A stretch of DNA of 24,158 bases from a virus (lineage: Duplodnaviria; Caudoviricetes), in IMG/VR virus record IMGVR_UViG_3300012038_000161, positions 1 to 24,158 of that record; one strand, given 5' to 3'. Shown piece by piece: positions 15,207 through 23,054 of the stretch (the stretch's first letter is position 1; each line of letters begins with the position of its first letter). A model generated the notes under the pieces. The model had not been told where the DNA came from. It did no database searches and saw nothing but the letters and a program-made list of their open reading frames with translations. A program made the translations under genes and the position numbers.

Positions 15207-16237
15207 GCTGCCTGCCCGATCTGACCGATGTCATGGTGTGGAACAGCGCGCACGCGCAGCTCTTGATATGGAACAGCGCGTGCGCGCAGCTCTTGATGGA
15301 AATAAACCCGTACACGGCAAGACGATTCTTCTATGAGAACACCGAGTGTGGCCGGGTTTATCGCAAGCGCCGTGTCGGTCTCGATCGCCTGCGCGATGCT
15401 CTTATTCTTCAGCTTGCCGAGTCCGAAAGCGCTGTCGGCCTCCAGCGCCTGCAAGATGGCGAATTGATAGATGATCGAAATAGGCTGCGCGGTGTCGGTC
15501 TCACTCGCTTGCGCAATCGCCTTGTTCTTGAGCCCCACCAACGCCTGGGCAATATCGGACTCAGCGGCTGCGAGGATCAACCGGCGAAGAGGCGAGATCG
15601 TAAGAGCTGCGGCGGTGTCGGTCTCACTCGCCTGGGCGACCGCTTTGACCTTGAGTTTCGATAGCGCCTGGGCGCTGTCGGTTTCCTCTGCCTGGCCGAT
15701 GATCCCCGGACGTGTGACGGCGTCGGCGGTGTCGATCTCGCTGGCCTGGCCGAGGAGCTTGGATTTGGCCGAGTCGACCGCCTGCGCGGCGTCGGTTTCG
15801 CTGGCCTGCGCGATCGCCGCCGCTTTGGCCGACGCGATCGCCTGGGCGATATCGGTTTCGCTGGCCTGGGTGATGCCTTTGGCTTTGCGCGCGGTGAGCG
15901 CCTGCGCGCTGTCGTTTTCACTGGCCTGGGTGATGGTTTTTGCTTTGGCCGCGGTGAGTGCTTGGGCCGCGTCGGTCTCCTCGGCGGTGGCTATTAGCCG
16001 GCGTTGCGGATTGACGGTGACAGCTTGGGCGCTGTCGGTTTCCGTCGCTTGCGCGATGGCTTTGGCCTTGCGCGAAGTGATCGCCTGCGCTGCATCGGTT
16101 TCGGTGACTTGGGTGACGGCTTTGGTCTTGAGACGGGTGATCGCCTGCGCGGTGTCGGTTTCGGTGACTTGCCCGACGGATTGGGTGATTGCACCGCCGG
16201 CGTGGGGATGACCCCAAAAGATTTTTGCAATCGCCAT
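15203..16237 (-). CDS. Fibre-like protein with about 19-aa tandem repeats
   Basis: About 15 repeats of I.QA.ETD.AQA....K.K. Confidence 0.85.
   Translation of the reverse strand: MAIAKIFWGHPHAGGAITQSVGQVTETDTAQAITRLKTKAVTQVTETDAAQAITSRKAKAIAQATETDSAQAVTVNPQRRLIATAEETDAAQALTAAKAKTITQASENDSAQALTARKAKGITQASETDIAQAIASAKAAAIAQASETDAAQAVDSAKSKLLGQASEIDTADAVTRPGIIGQAEETDSAQALSKLKVKAVAQASETDTAAALTISPLRRLILAAAESDIAQALVGLKNKAIAQASETDTAQPISIIYQFAILQALEADSAFGLGKLKNKSIAQAIETDTALAINPATLGVLIEESSCRVRVYFHQELRARAVPYQELRVRAVPHHDIGQIGQAA
15239..15298. repeat. 30-bp tandem duplication
   Basis: TGGAACAGCGCG..CGCGCAGCTCTTGAT twice; encodes QELR.RAVP. Confidence 0.85.
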
Positions 16238-16245
16238 TTAGCAGC

Positions 16246-16560
16246 TCATGAAGTCGTCGGGATCGAGAGAAAATAATCCGCCCACTCTTTGGGGTTAGTC
16301 TGATCGACACCTTGGATCGTGATCACGTCGCCGTTCATTTCCGAAGATGACAGCTCAATCAGCACAGCGCGGCCGCCCGATGGACTGACACTCGGCAGCG
16401 TCGCCAGATTATTAAACCCGCCACCGTCGATGTCGACTTTGAAGTCACCGCTGGCGATGGTCGGATTGGTTTTGAGCGTGCCGACGCCCTGCAGGTCCTC
16501 CAGGGCGATGCGGATTTTGAAGTCCTCGTTTTTCTTTGGCGGATTATAAGGTGCAGCCAT
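16246..16560 (-). CDS. Small beta-rich phage protein
   Basis: NPTIASGDFKVDIDGG.F.NLATLPSV.P...ELSSSEMNGD motif. Confidence 0.8.
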   Translation of the reverse strand: MAAPYNPPKKNEDFKIRIALEDLQGVGTLKTNPTIASGDFKVDIDGGGFNNLATLPSVSPSGGRAVLIELSSSEMNGDVITIQGVDQTNPKEWADYFLSIPTTS

Positions 16561-16562
16561 CG

Positions 16563-18734
16563 TTAAAACCCCGCGCCGATGTTTGGCCCCGGCCGCGAAT
16601 CTTGCCGCTGCGCCGCGCCGGGATCGATATAGTTGTAGGTAGATGAGCCTGTGCCAATAGCTAACGAGCCGCCGACCGGATAGCCCTTAGCTCTCAGCGC
16701 GGCGTTTTGAATGCGGAAGTCACCGCCTGCCGCATTGACGAATTGCGGGTCGAGGGTCTGCTCATCGAAGCTGGGGATTTGTGTGGGATAATACGCGCCA
16801 GATGAATTGTTGTAAAAATTATTCCCGCGAATTATCCACGGCAAAACTCCCTCTGTGGCTGTATAGTGGAGCTTGGAATCGACGGTTAACCCATATCCAG
16901 TGTTGTTCGATATGATGTTGTTTACAAGAAAACCGCCAAGCATGAGCACCGGGTAGGCATTGGGACCGCTTAACTGAACGCCTCCGCCTGCGTTCCCATT
17001 TATAGTATTCCCTACGATCGTAAAACCAGCACTACCGCTCGTGGTTGGTGTGATCTGGATACCAACTCCAGTACAGCCGGTGATTATGTTGCCCGTTATC
17101 ACTGCTTCGACGCCACTTGCCAAGTTGATTCCAATGGCACAGTCATGAATATAATTATTTGCAAAGATTCTACCCGGCGTAGGGATGGTTGTCTGGATGC
17201 ATGCCACAGCGCAAGAAATCTCAGAGTCTACAATCATTGCTCCGGTAAAAATGCTGTTGAATGGGATTGCAAACTTGTTTGTTGCATGGGCGGCTTTTAT
17301 ATTCTTAAAGAGAAGTCGGCTGACTGACCCCTGCGTGAAAATAGTTGAAGCCGTCTTAGTTCCGTTGGTATTTTGGAATTCGATACCCTCAAACCACAAC
17401 AGAGAACCGGCTAGCGAAAATCCAGTTCCGTTATTGCTAAAGGTGACCAGCGGTCTCGTTGCCGCGCCTGGGGTGGCCCTCATCGTAACCCACCCGCCAA
17501 TCATCTGATTGCCGCCAGTTCTCCAACTCACCGCACCGGCAAAGGTGTCCGTAAATCCGCTTTCCAGTTCCAGTGTCCATCCAGGTTGTAAATCCGAAAG
17601 TGTACCTGACATCGCAAACAAACTCTGGCTGGAGGTTGACGATATCGTCAACCGTTTTCCGCCAATTGCGCACGCTTTTGTTTGGCTCGTCTGTAGCGGC
17701 AGCTCCACCCTCACTACATCGTTGGCATCGTCAACGCTGGTGATCATGACGAAATTTCTAAAGTCTGCGGTCGTGTCGTTGAAAAACAGCGCCGCGCTCC
17801 CATCGCTCGCTACCCCGCTTAGATCCGATCCCGATAGGGTAACCGAAAAACCGTCAGCCGAGGATTGACACGAACCGTTGGTAACCGCCGTAGCTGGTCC
17901 CGCTCCGCTGGCATTGCTATCCGATCCGGTCGAACTGTTGGCGAGAATCGTAGGAAAAACCCTCGGCGTGCCTTCCACGAAAGCAAGATACATACTAACC
18001 GAGGTCGCACTCTCGACCGTTGGATCGCTCGCCTGGCTTGTTGCGGTAACGATCCTGAATTCCGCGAAGGCCTGCCTGGATGTGTTTGCCGTGCCGGTAT
18101 TCGCGTTGGCGACTGAAAACGCTGTAAAATTAGTCGTTGGAGTTATTGCTCCACCGTTACCCGACGAACCTATGGCGCGCAGAAACAAGTATTCTGCGCT
18201 CAGAAGATTGTCGATTGTCATCGATGCTGGGTCTGCGCTATTGGCCTCTATATCCGTAACAAACCCGGCAACTCGAAGATAATTTCCGCTACCGACGCTA
18301 AATTCCCAACAAGTCATGGCGCGAGCATCGGCAGAAGAATGATGTGCAGTTATAGTGCCGCTACTCGGCAAATCGACAGTGGCCTTCGTCATGAAAACGG
18401 CCCCTGTCGATTGAGTCACCGAATCATCGCCATCGATATTGAACTCTCTTACAAACTCCCAAATATTCCCCACCGAATCGACAAACGCGAACATTCGACC
18501 ACGATAGCCCTCGGTATTGTCACTTGAATCGTGAACGTGAACGCAGGCCCCATAATTACCGACATCAAGTTGAGCGGAAGTTGTGAGGGCGAGACTATTT
18601 TGCGCGGTGTTGGTTGCCGTTGCGGTCCCGAGCGAGCCGATGCTGGTGATCGCTGCGCGAACCGGCACAACGGTCGCAATCGGCGACACGATTAGAGTCA
18701 AGGCAAAGAGCAAAAGCCGCTGCCACAAATTCAT
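16563..18734 (-). CDS. Signal-peptide-bearing protein with right-handed parallel beta-helix (pectin lyase-like)
   Basis: Sec-type leader ending VRA; repeats NNYIHDC, GNIITGC, GNTINGN, NNIISNN; terminal DPQFVNAAGGDFR motif. Confidence 0.85.
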   Translation of the reverse strand: MNLWQRLLLFALTLIVSPIATVVPVRAAITSIGSLGTATATNTAQNSLALTTSAQLDVGNYGACVHVHDSSDNTEGYRGRMFAFVDSVGNIWEFVREFNIDGDDSVTQSTGAVFMTKATVDLPSSGTITAHHSSADARAMTCWEFSVGSGNYLRVAGFVTDIEANSADPASMTIDNLLSAEYLFLRAIGSSGNGGAITPTTNFTAFSVANANTGTANTSRQAFAEFRIVTATSQASDPTVESATSVSMYLAFVEGTPRVFPTILANSSTGSDSNASGAGPATAVTNGSCQSSADGFSVTLSGSDLSGVASDGSAALFFNDTTADFRNFVMITSVDDANDVVRVELPLQTSQTKACAIGGKRLTISSTSSQSLFAMSGTLSDLQPGWTLELESGFTDTFAGAVSWRTGGNQMIGGWVTMRATPGAATRPLVTFSNNGTGFSLAGSLLWFEGIEFQNTNGTKTASTIFTQGSVSRLLFKNIKAAHATNKFAIPFNSIFTGAMIVDSEISCAVACIQTTIPTPGRIFANNYIHDCAIGINLASGVEAVITGNIITGCTGVGIQITPTTSGSAGFTIVGNTINGNAGGGVQLSGPNAYPVLMLGGFLVNNIISNNTGYGLTVDSKLHYTATEGVLPWIIRGNNFYNNSSGAYYPTQIPSFDEQTLDPQFVNAAGGDFRIQNAALRAKGYPVGGSLAIGTGSSTYNYIDPGAAQRQDSRPGPNIGAGF

Positions 18735-20107
18735 GGTTGAAGCTCTCCGTTTATGATGACATTGGCGCCCGCTGGAGCCAGAATTCTAATCGGCGGTGCC
18801 GATCGCTCGAATGTAAACGGGACTCCATCCCTGATTGTGATCGTCGCATCGGCTTCAATCTGCGGTAAGTCATGCTCGAATACGTGAATCGCCACGGCGC
18901 CGTACTGTCCGGCTCCCTGTTGAGCGATATAAACCCTTCGCGAAGTTTCGTCGTAAGCGACTCCTCCGAGGGCGTGTGCGTTGTTAGCCTCGAAGGGCAA
19001 ATTGAACCGCCAAAGTGCGTAAGGCAGAACATCCCAGGCGTTTTTCTCACCGCGCCTTACCTTGTCCAACTCAACGGCGTCGTAGGCCCACATTTGGTAA
19101 ATGTACGGGTAGGCATGAGGCCCGGTAGAATTGCTGACTGGATCATAGCAGTAGTGTTGAATATTCGCCGGTGGAAACGGGAGCAGATGTTTCGCCGGAT
19201 CATTCGTACCAGGACCGTAGCAGTATTCGCCGGTTCCCTTCTTTCCGACGTACAGGACAGTTCGAGTGCCAACTGGCTGCACGATCCCGGTGATCGCGGT
19301 TGCCGCGCCGTAAGCATCTGTGTTGCCGGTATACTGCCCAAGTGTGGGATGGGCGAGCGGATAATACACCAGCGCAGATGTGTTCACTGTATTCCCAGCC
19401 TGAATGTCTTGTGGATTAAAAGAGAACGCTGACGGTCCTAACGAAGTCCTGCTAATGATCGACACACAACAATTGCCGGTCAGGTGAGTCCCTCCCAAAA
19501 GAGACTGCAACCCGCTTTGCACCTTTGCCATGTAGCCGCTGAAAAACCCGGCCTTCAACGTTCCGTTGGCCATGCGTACCGGACCGATTACTTGCCCCGG
19601 CATTCCAAACGATAGCGGGCGGGCGAAGTGCGAGAGCACCTGGCTACCGTCAGCATCGTAGGACGAATAAGCCGAGATAATCAGCCGCCCTTGATCGACT
19701 ACCATGCCGCCAAGCTGAATATCGGTGGCTGGTGGATCGACTAAGAGCCGCTTTCCTTCCAGGGCGTCGGAAAATGCTTGAAGCACCGGCGCAATCGGCA
19801 AGGCCGCGAATGTCGAACCTGGCGCCCCCAGTGTGAGCGGAATCTGAACTTCCGACACATGGTAAGGATGCCAAGCATGGCCGCTGTAAAATAGAGACCG
19901 ATTCGCCGGATTGAACGCGAGCGCATAGCCGCCGTAAGTAAAGCAGTTGCTTACCGTACTCGTTGGAACAGCTCCGCATGGAACGGTCCCGGCCGGCAGG
20001 CGGAATGCACCAACGTGGCGCAGGTGGCTAGATTGGAGCAACGGCTCGACTGCGTGGGCCGTTGAAATCAGCAGAAGGCATGCAAGGACCAACTTCATCA
20101 AGATCAT
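18731..20107 (-). CDS. Secreted protein, probable beta-propeller
   Basis: AAGGAG RBS, leader ending AHA; blade-like motifs LAFNPANRSLFYSG and GGVAYDETSRRVYIAQ; paired Cys. Confidence 0.8.
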   Translation of the reverse strand: MILMKLVLACLLLISTAHAVEPLLQSSHLRHVGAFRLPAGTVPCGAVPTSTVSNCFTYGGYALAFNPANRSLFYSGHAWHPYHVSEVQIPLTLGAPGSTFAALPIAPVLQAFSDALEGKRLLVDPPATDIQLGGMVVDQGRLIISAYSSYDADGSQVLSHFARPLSFGMPGQVIGPVRMANGTLKAGFFSGYMAKVQSGLQSLLGGTHLTGNCCVSIISRTSLGPSAFSFNPQDIQAGNTVNTSALVYYPLAHPTLGQYTGNTDAYGAATAITGIVQPVGTRTVLYVGKKGTGEYCYGPGTNDPAKHLLPFPPANIQHYCYDPVSNSTGPHAYPYIYQMWAYDAVELDKVRRGEKNAWDVLPYALWRFNLPFEANNAHALGGVAYDETSRRVYIAQQGAGQYGAVAIHVFEHDLPQIEADATITIRDGVPFTFERSAPPIRILAPAGANVIINGELQP

Positions 20108-20117
20108 CGCTGTCTCC

Positions 20118-20597
20118 TTATGACGCCCGGAAAAATCCCGCCGCGGCGATCTGCGCTGTGACGTCACTTCCGTCCGGCGTGATCGCAAAATCGTGGTGCG
20201 TCATCGGCACGATGTTGGCATCCGTCCCGCCCGTTGTGTCGCTGTCGTAGGCCGTGACGAATTTACTGATCGCCCCGGTGCCGTCATTGGCGAGCCCGGT
20301 CCAGGTCTGGTCGGGGATGTCGATGTCCACTCGGTCGTTTGTATCGTCCGGTGCGAACGCGCTGATGTCGGAGTCGGTCAACACCTTGCGCGCATACCCG
20401 GTGTTCGTTGCTTCGTTGGTAGTGCCAGCGACGAGCGCGCTTACCGTATCGAAATCGCGCAACGCCGTGTCGGCCTCAAGGCCTGTGGTCGCGAGCAGAA
20501 TGATAATCAACGCCGAGTTGGCCGGATCGTTTAAGTCGACGCGGTTGTAGAGCTCGGCGACGCGCCCCTTTGCTATGTTAAAGACTTCGTTTCCCAT
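20118..20597 (-). CDS. Putative phage structural protein (159 aa)
   Basis: AAGGAG RBS; NEATNTGYARK.L...D.TW...PDGSDVT motif typical of small virion-associated proteins. Confidence 0.8.
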   Translation of the reverse strand: MGNEVFNIAKGRVAELYNRVDLNDPANSALIIILLATTGLEADTALRDFDTVSALVAGTTNEATNTGYARKVLTDSDISAFAPDDTNDRVDIDIPDQTWTGLANDGTGAISKFVTAYDSDTTGGTDANIVPMTHHDFAITPDGSDVTAQIAAAGFFRAS

Positions 20598-20628
20598 AAT
20601 TCACTCCTTGGAAAAATTTTCCTTCGTG

Positions 20629-21093
20629 TTAAGACGCCTTGCGATACCGCGCGGCAAGTCGCGCGTGAAACTTTGTCTTGCCGGTGTCCAGGATCTTGGC
20701 AACTTCCTCGTTGCTGATCTCGCTGAAGTCCTTGCCCGTCACCACGGTAAAGAAGTTGTCGACGCGGTAGCCTGAAGGGTTGGTAGGATCGGGCGAAGGC
20801 TTGCCCCCGCCGACCTTGGCGACATGCGCCTTGGCCTCGGCTTCGCCGCCGAGTTTTTCGCCGGTAAAGCAGGAATAGTGCCCGGGGCCGCGAACCACGC
20901 GATATTCCATGGTTTGGTTCTCTCCCTTAACCACGAACTTTCCCGCGCTCGCCTCCAGCCAGCCTTCCGCAATGCCTGTCTCGATCAGCGACGGAGACCA
21001 GTGCTCCACCGCCTTGGCGCGCATCACGCGCACGCCGTTGACGTGGGTCGGCTTGCCCTCTTTATCCTTCGCGTAGAGTCTTTTCAAAAACAT
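20629..21093 (-). CDS. Hypothetical protein (154 aa)
   Basis: AAGGAGG RBS. Confidence 0.8.
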   Translation of the reverse strand: MFLKRLYAKDKEGKPTHVNGVRVMRAKAVEHWSPSLIETGIAEGWLEASAGKFVVKGENQTMEYRVVRGPGHYSCFTGEKLGGEAEAKAHVAKVGGGKPSPDPTNPSGYRVDNFFTVVTGKDFSEISNEEVAKILDTGKTKFHARLAARYRKAS

Positions 21094-21102
21094 AAAACCT
21101 CC

Positions 21103-21801
21103 TTATTGAACCTGAATTGTTAAAGCTGTGGGAGCACCCGGCGTGCTCATTTCAAAGCGCACCGCGGCTTTGTTGATCTTGTAGCCGATAGTTTTCTGAT
21201 GCCCGAAGCGCAGCTTATTGACGCCGTCGACTAGGTAGGCAAGCGGAATATCGTATTCGACCGTGGCGACCTTCTGCTGGTTGGCCGATGTGCCGACCGA
21301 GCCAAACAGCACAATGGGCCCGTTACCGTTGATGTATAGGTCGCCCTCGTCTGGATAGTCCGGGTCGTAGACTTCCAGAATGAGGATCGCCCGGCTTACA
21401 CCGGCCGGCTTGGCGACCGTGATTTCCAAAGTCTTATACTCCGGCAACGTCGTCCCTTCCATATTCAGCGGCAACGTGGCCACCGCGGTGGTGGGGATCG
21501 TGCCGCACCCTTCATTTCTGGCGGACTCGCCGCCGGCGTTGAAGGCCGTTACCGCAAAGCAAATCTGCGAACCCTCGTTCGCGGTGATCGAGGGAGTAAC
21601 GAATTTCGTCTGGTTGGCGCCCACTTGTCCGATCACAGCGAAAGTGCCGTCAGCGGCCTTGCGATATAGCTTGAACCCGTCCTCGTTGTTGGAGTTATCT
21701 GTCCAGGTGAGGGTAAACACGGCCGGCCTGGGTTGAGCGGAGACAGATCCGGCATAGATGATCGACGCCAGAGCGGCGATGACGAGGCAACATAATTTCA
21801 T
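21103..21801 (-). CDS. Secreted fibronectin type III protein (internal in-frame start)
   Basis: GGAGG RBS, signal peptide, LTWTDNSNNEDGFKLYR...FAVTAFNAGGES. Confidence 0.8.
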   Translation of the reverse strand: MKLCCLVIAALASIIYAGSVSAQPRPAVFTLTWTDNSNNEDGFKLYRKAADGTFAVIGQVGANQTKFVTPSITANEGSQICFAVTAFNAGGESARNEGCGTIPTTAVATLPLNMEGTTLPEYKTLEITVAKPAGVSRAILILEVYDPDYPDEGDLYINGNGPIVLFGSVGTSANQQKVATVEYDIPLAYLVDGVNKLRFGHQKTIGYKINKAAVRFEMSTPGAPTALTIQVQ

Positions 21802-22338
21802 AGACCCACCCTCCAAAAGATTTTCGGCAAACGATTTCAGACTGCGGCAGGCGTACCAGTAGGTGTCGGGCTTTAACCCGGGCGGCAGATCCAGCCGTTC
21901 ACCCTTGACGCCGGTGCCGTGGGTCGCCATCAGATTCAAGGTCCGCACATGCTTGCTGTGACCCCTACTGTCCGACTGCTTCGCCGCCTCGACCAGAGCG
22001 CCTAATTGCAAGCGCGCGTCGGCTCGATCTTCGATGGTGCTGGTTTGGTGCCTGGTCTCGTCGACGTGATCGAGCGGCATCGCTAGGTCGCGCTTGTGGG
22101 TCCGCCTACCGTACCATCGGCTTTCCCAGCAGATATTCGATAGCTCGTTGAGCATGTAATAGCGCACCGATTTCGCCGGAAAGTAATTGCAATCGCTGTA
22201 ACGCACGAGCGCTTCGCAACCGGATTGAAAAATATCTTGCTCGGCGGCGCGTGGATCGCCGAGTTGAAATTTGTTTTGCCAGGCGATCTTACGAGCCATC
22301 TTTTTCAACGTAGTCAAGTGATCCTCGACCGCTATCAT
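21103..22338 (-). CDS. Sigma-70-like domain fused in frame to a signal/TM segment, FN3 domain and jelly-roll-like domain
   Basis: Region-2-like LKKMARK...DIFQSGCEAL...VRYYMLNEL; no stop before MKLCCLVIAALASIIYAGSVSA; GAGG RBS at ATG 22338. Confidence 0.55.
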   Translation of the reverse strand: MIAVEDHLTTLKKMARKIAWQNKFQLGDPRAAEQDIFQSGCEALVRYSDCNYFPAKSVRYYMLNELSNICWESRWYGRRTHKRDLAMPLDHVDETRHQTSTIEDRADARLQLGALVEAAKQSDSRGHSKHVRTLNLMATHGTGVKGERLDLPPGLKPDTYWYACRSLKSFAENLLEGGSMKLCCLVIAALASIIYAGSVSAQPRPAVFTLTWTDNSNNEDGFKLYRKAADGTFAVIGQVGANQTKFVTPSITANEGSQICFAVTAFNAGGESARNEGCGTIPTTAVATLPLNMEGTTLPEYKTLEITVAKPAGVSRAILILEVYDPDYPDEGDLYINGNGPIVLFGSVGTSANQQKVATVEYDIPLAYLVDGVNKLRFGHQKTIGYKINKAAVRFEMSTPGAPTALTIQVQ

Positions 22339-22373
22339 CTTGGTCTCAACCTCGGGAATGCGGAGCCCGCCAC

Positions 22374-22408
22374 AAAAAAAGGCCGGGGAGTTCTGCACTC
22401 CGCCGGCC
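22374..22408 (-). terminator. Intrinsic terminator / attenuator
   Basis: GGCCGG(C)GGAGT-GCAGA-ACTCCCCGGCC followed by T7. Confidence 0.8.
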
Positions 22409-22467
22409 TCTCAGGGCTCGTCAGGCAATGTTGTAAGCCTGGGCCTCTCAGGGCTCGTCAGGCAATG
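22405..22467 (-). repeat. Two perfect 26-nt direct repeats CATTGCCTGACGAGCCCTGAGAGGCC
   Basis: Copies at 22442-22467 and 22405-22430; partial CTGACGA copy near 22476-22482. Confidence 0.95.
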
Positions 22468-22486
22468 GTTTTAATTCGTCAGCGTC

Positions 22487-22684
22487 TCATGGCCACCGGT
22501 TCAAATGGCCGCAACGCGGACATTTGATTTCACCGCGCAACGTGCCGCGGAAGAGTAATCGTTGACACTTGCCGCAGCGGGTGTCGCGCAAGGCCACACC
22601 AGCCGCTTCGGACGCGCCGATATTATTTTGTCTCCCGTATAGGGGGGCGGGAGACTGTGTCTTGAGCTGCGTTTCATTGGCCAT
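22487..22684 (-). CDS. com: Com-family zinc-finger regulator (phage Mu Com-like)
   Basis: RCGKCQRLLF......EIKCPRCGHLN signature; the true start may be further downstream. Confidence 0.85.
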   Translation of the reverse strand: MANETQLKTQSPAPLYGRQNNIGASEAAGVALRDTRCGKCQRLLFRGTLRGEIKCPRCGHLNRWP

Positions 22685-22715
22685 TTGTACGCCGCCGAGG
22701 AGAAAAAGTCCAACA

Positions 22716-23054
22716 TTAAACGACTGCCGAGCCGGGGAAGCCGCGCCCGACGGTCTCGCTCATTTGGTACACGTTGACGGTCACCGACGCCTGGGGAGAT
22801 CCGAAATCGGTGGTTTGCTGCGCCGCGCTGTAGGCGACCGTCTGCGCGCTTGCCGTGAGCGTCCGCACGACCGTTGAGCCGTTCAGGATGTCGATTTCAT
22901 AAGCCTCGGTCGTTTCCCCCAGGGGCACGTCGACCAAGTCGCGCCATTCCTGATGCTCTCTGGTTCGCCGAATCCAAGTGATCGTGAGATTGTCCGAACC
23001 GTCCCGGCTGCCGGCGATGTGAACCGGCGCCAATGGTTTCAAGCTCGCGGTCAT
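22716..23054 (-). CDS. C-terminal module of a GTA-like tail-tip/host-specificity protein
   Basis: LKPLAPVH...ITWIRRTR...W....DVPLGE..EAYEIDI...VYQMS..VGRG. Confidence 0.8.
   Translation of the reverse strand: MTASLKPLAPVHIAGSRDGSDNLTITWIRRTREHQEWRDLVDVPLGETTEAYEIDILNGSTVVRTLTASAQTVAYSAAQQTTDFGSPQASVTVNVYQMSETVGRGFPGSAVV

Noticed and set aside
15471-16211. 246-aa plus-strand ORF and other long antisense ORFs
   Set aside because: Shadows of GC-rich or repetitive minus-strand genes, with no RBS or recognisable motifs
22405-22467. Hammerhead ribozyme (CUGACGA followed by a short stem) or mini-CRISPR
   Set aside because: The conserved GAAA after stem II is absent in both copies; the 11-nt spacer is too short for CRISPR
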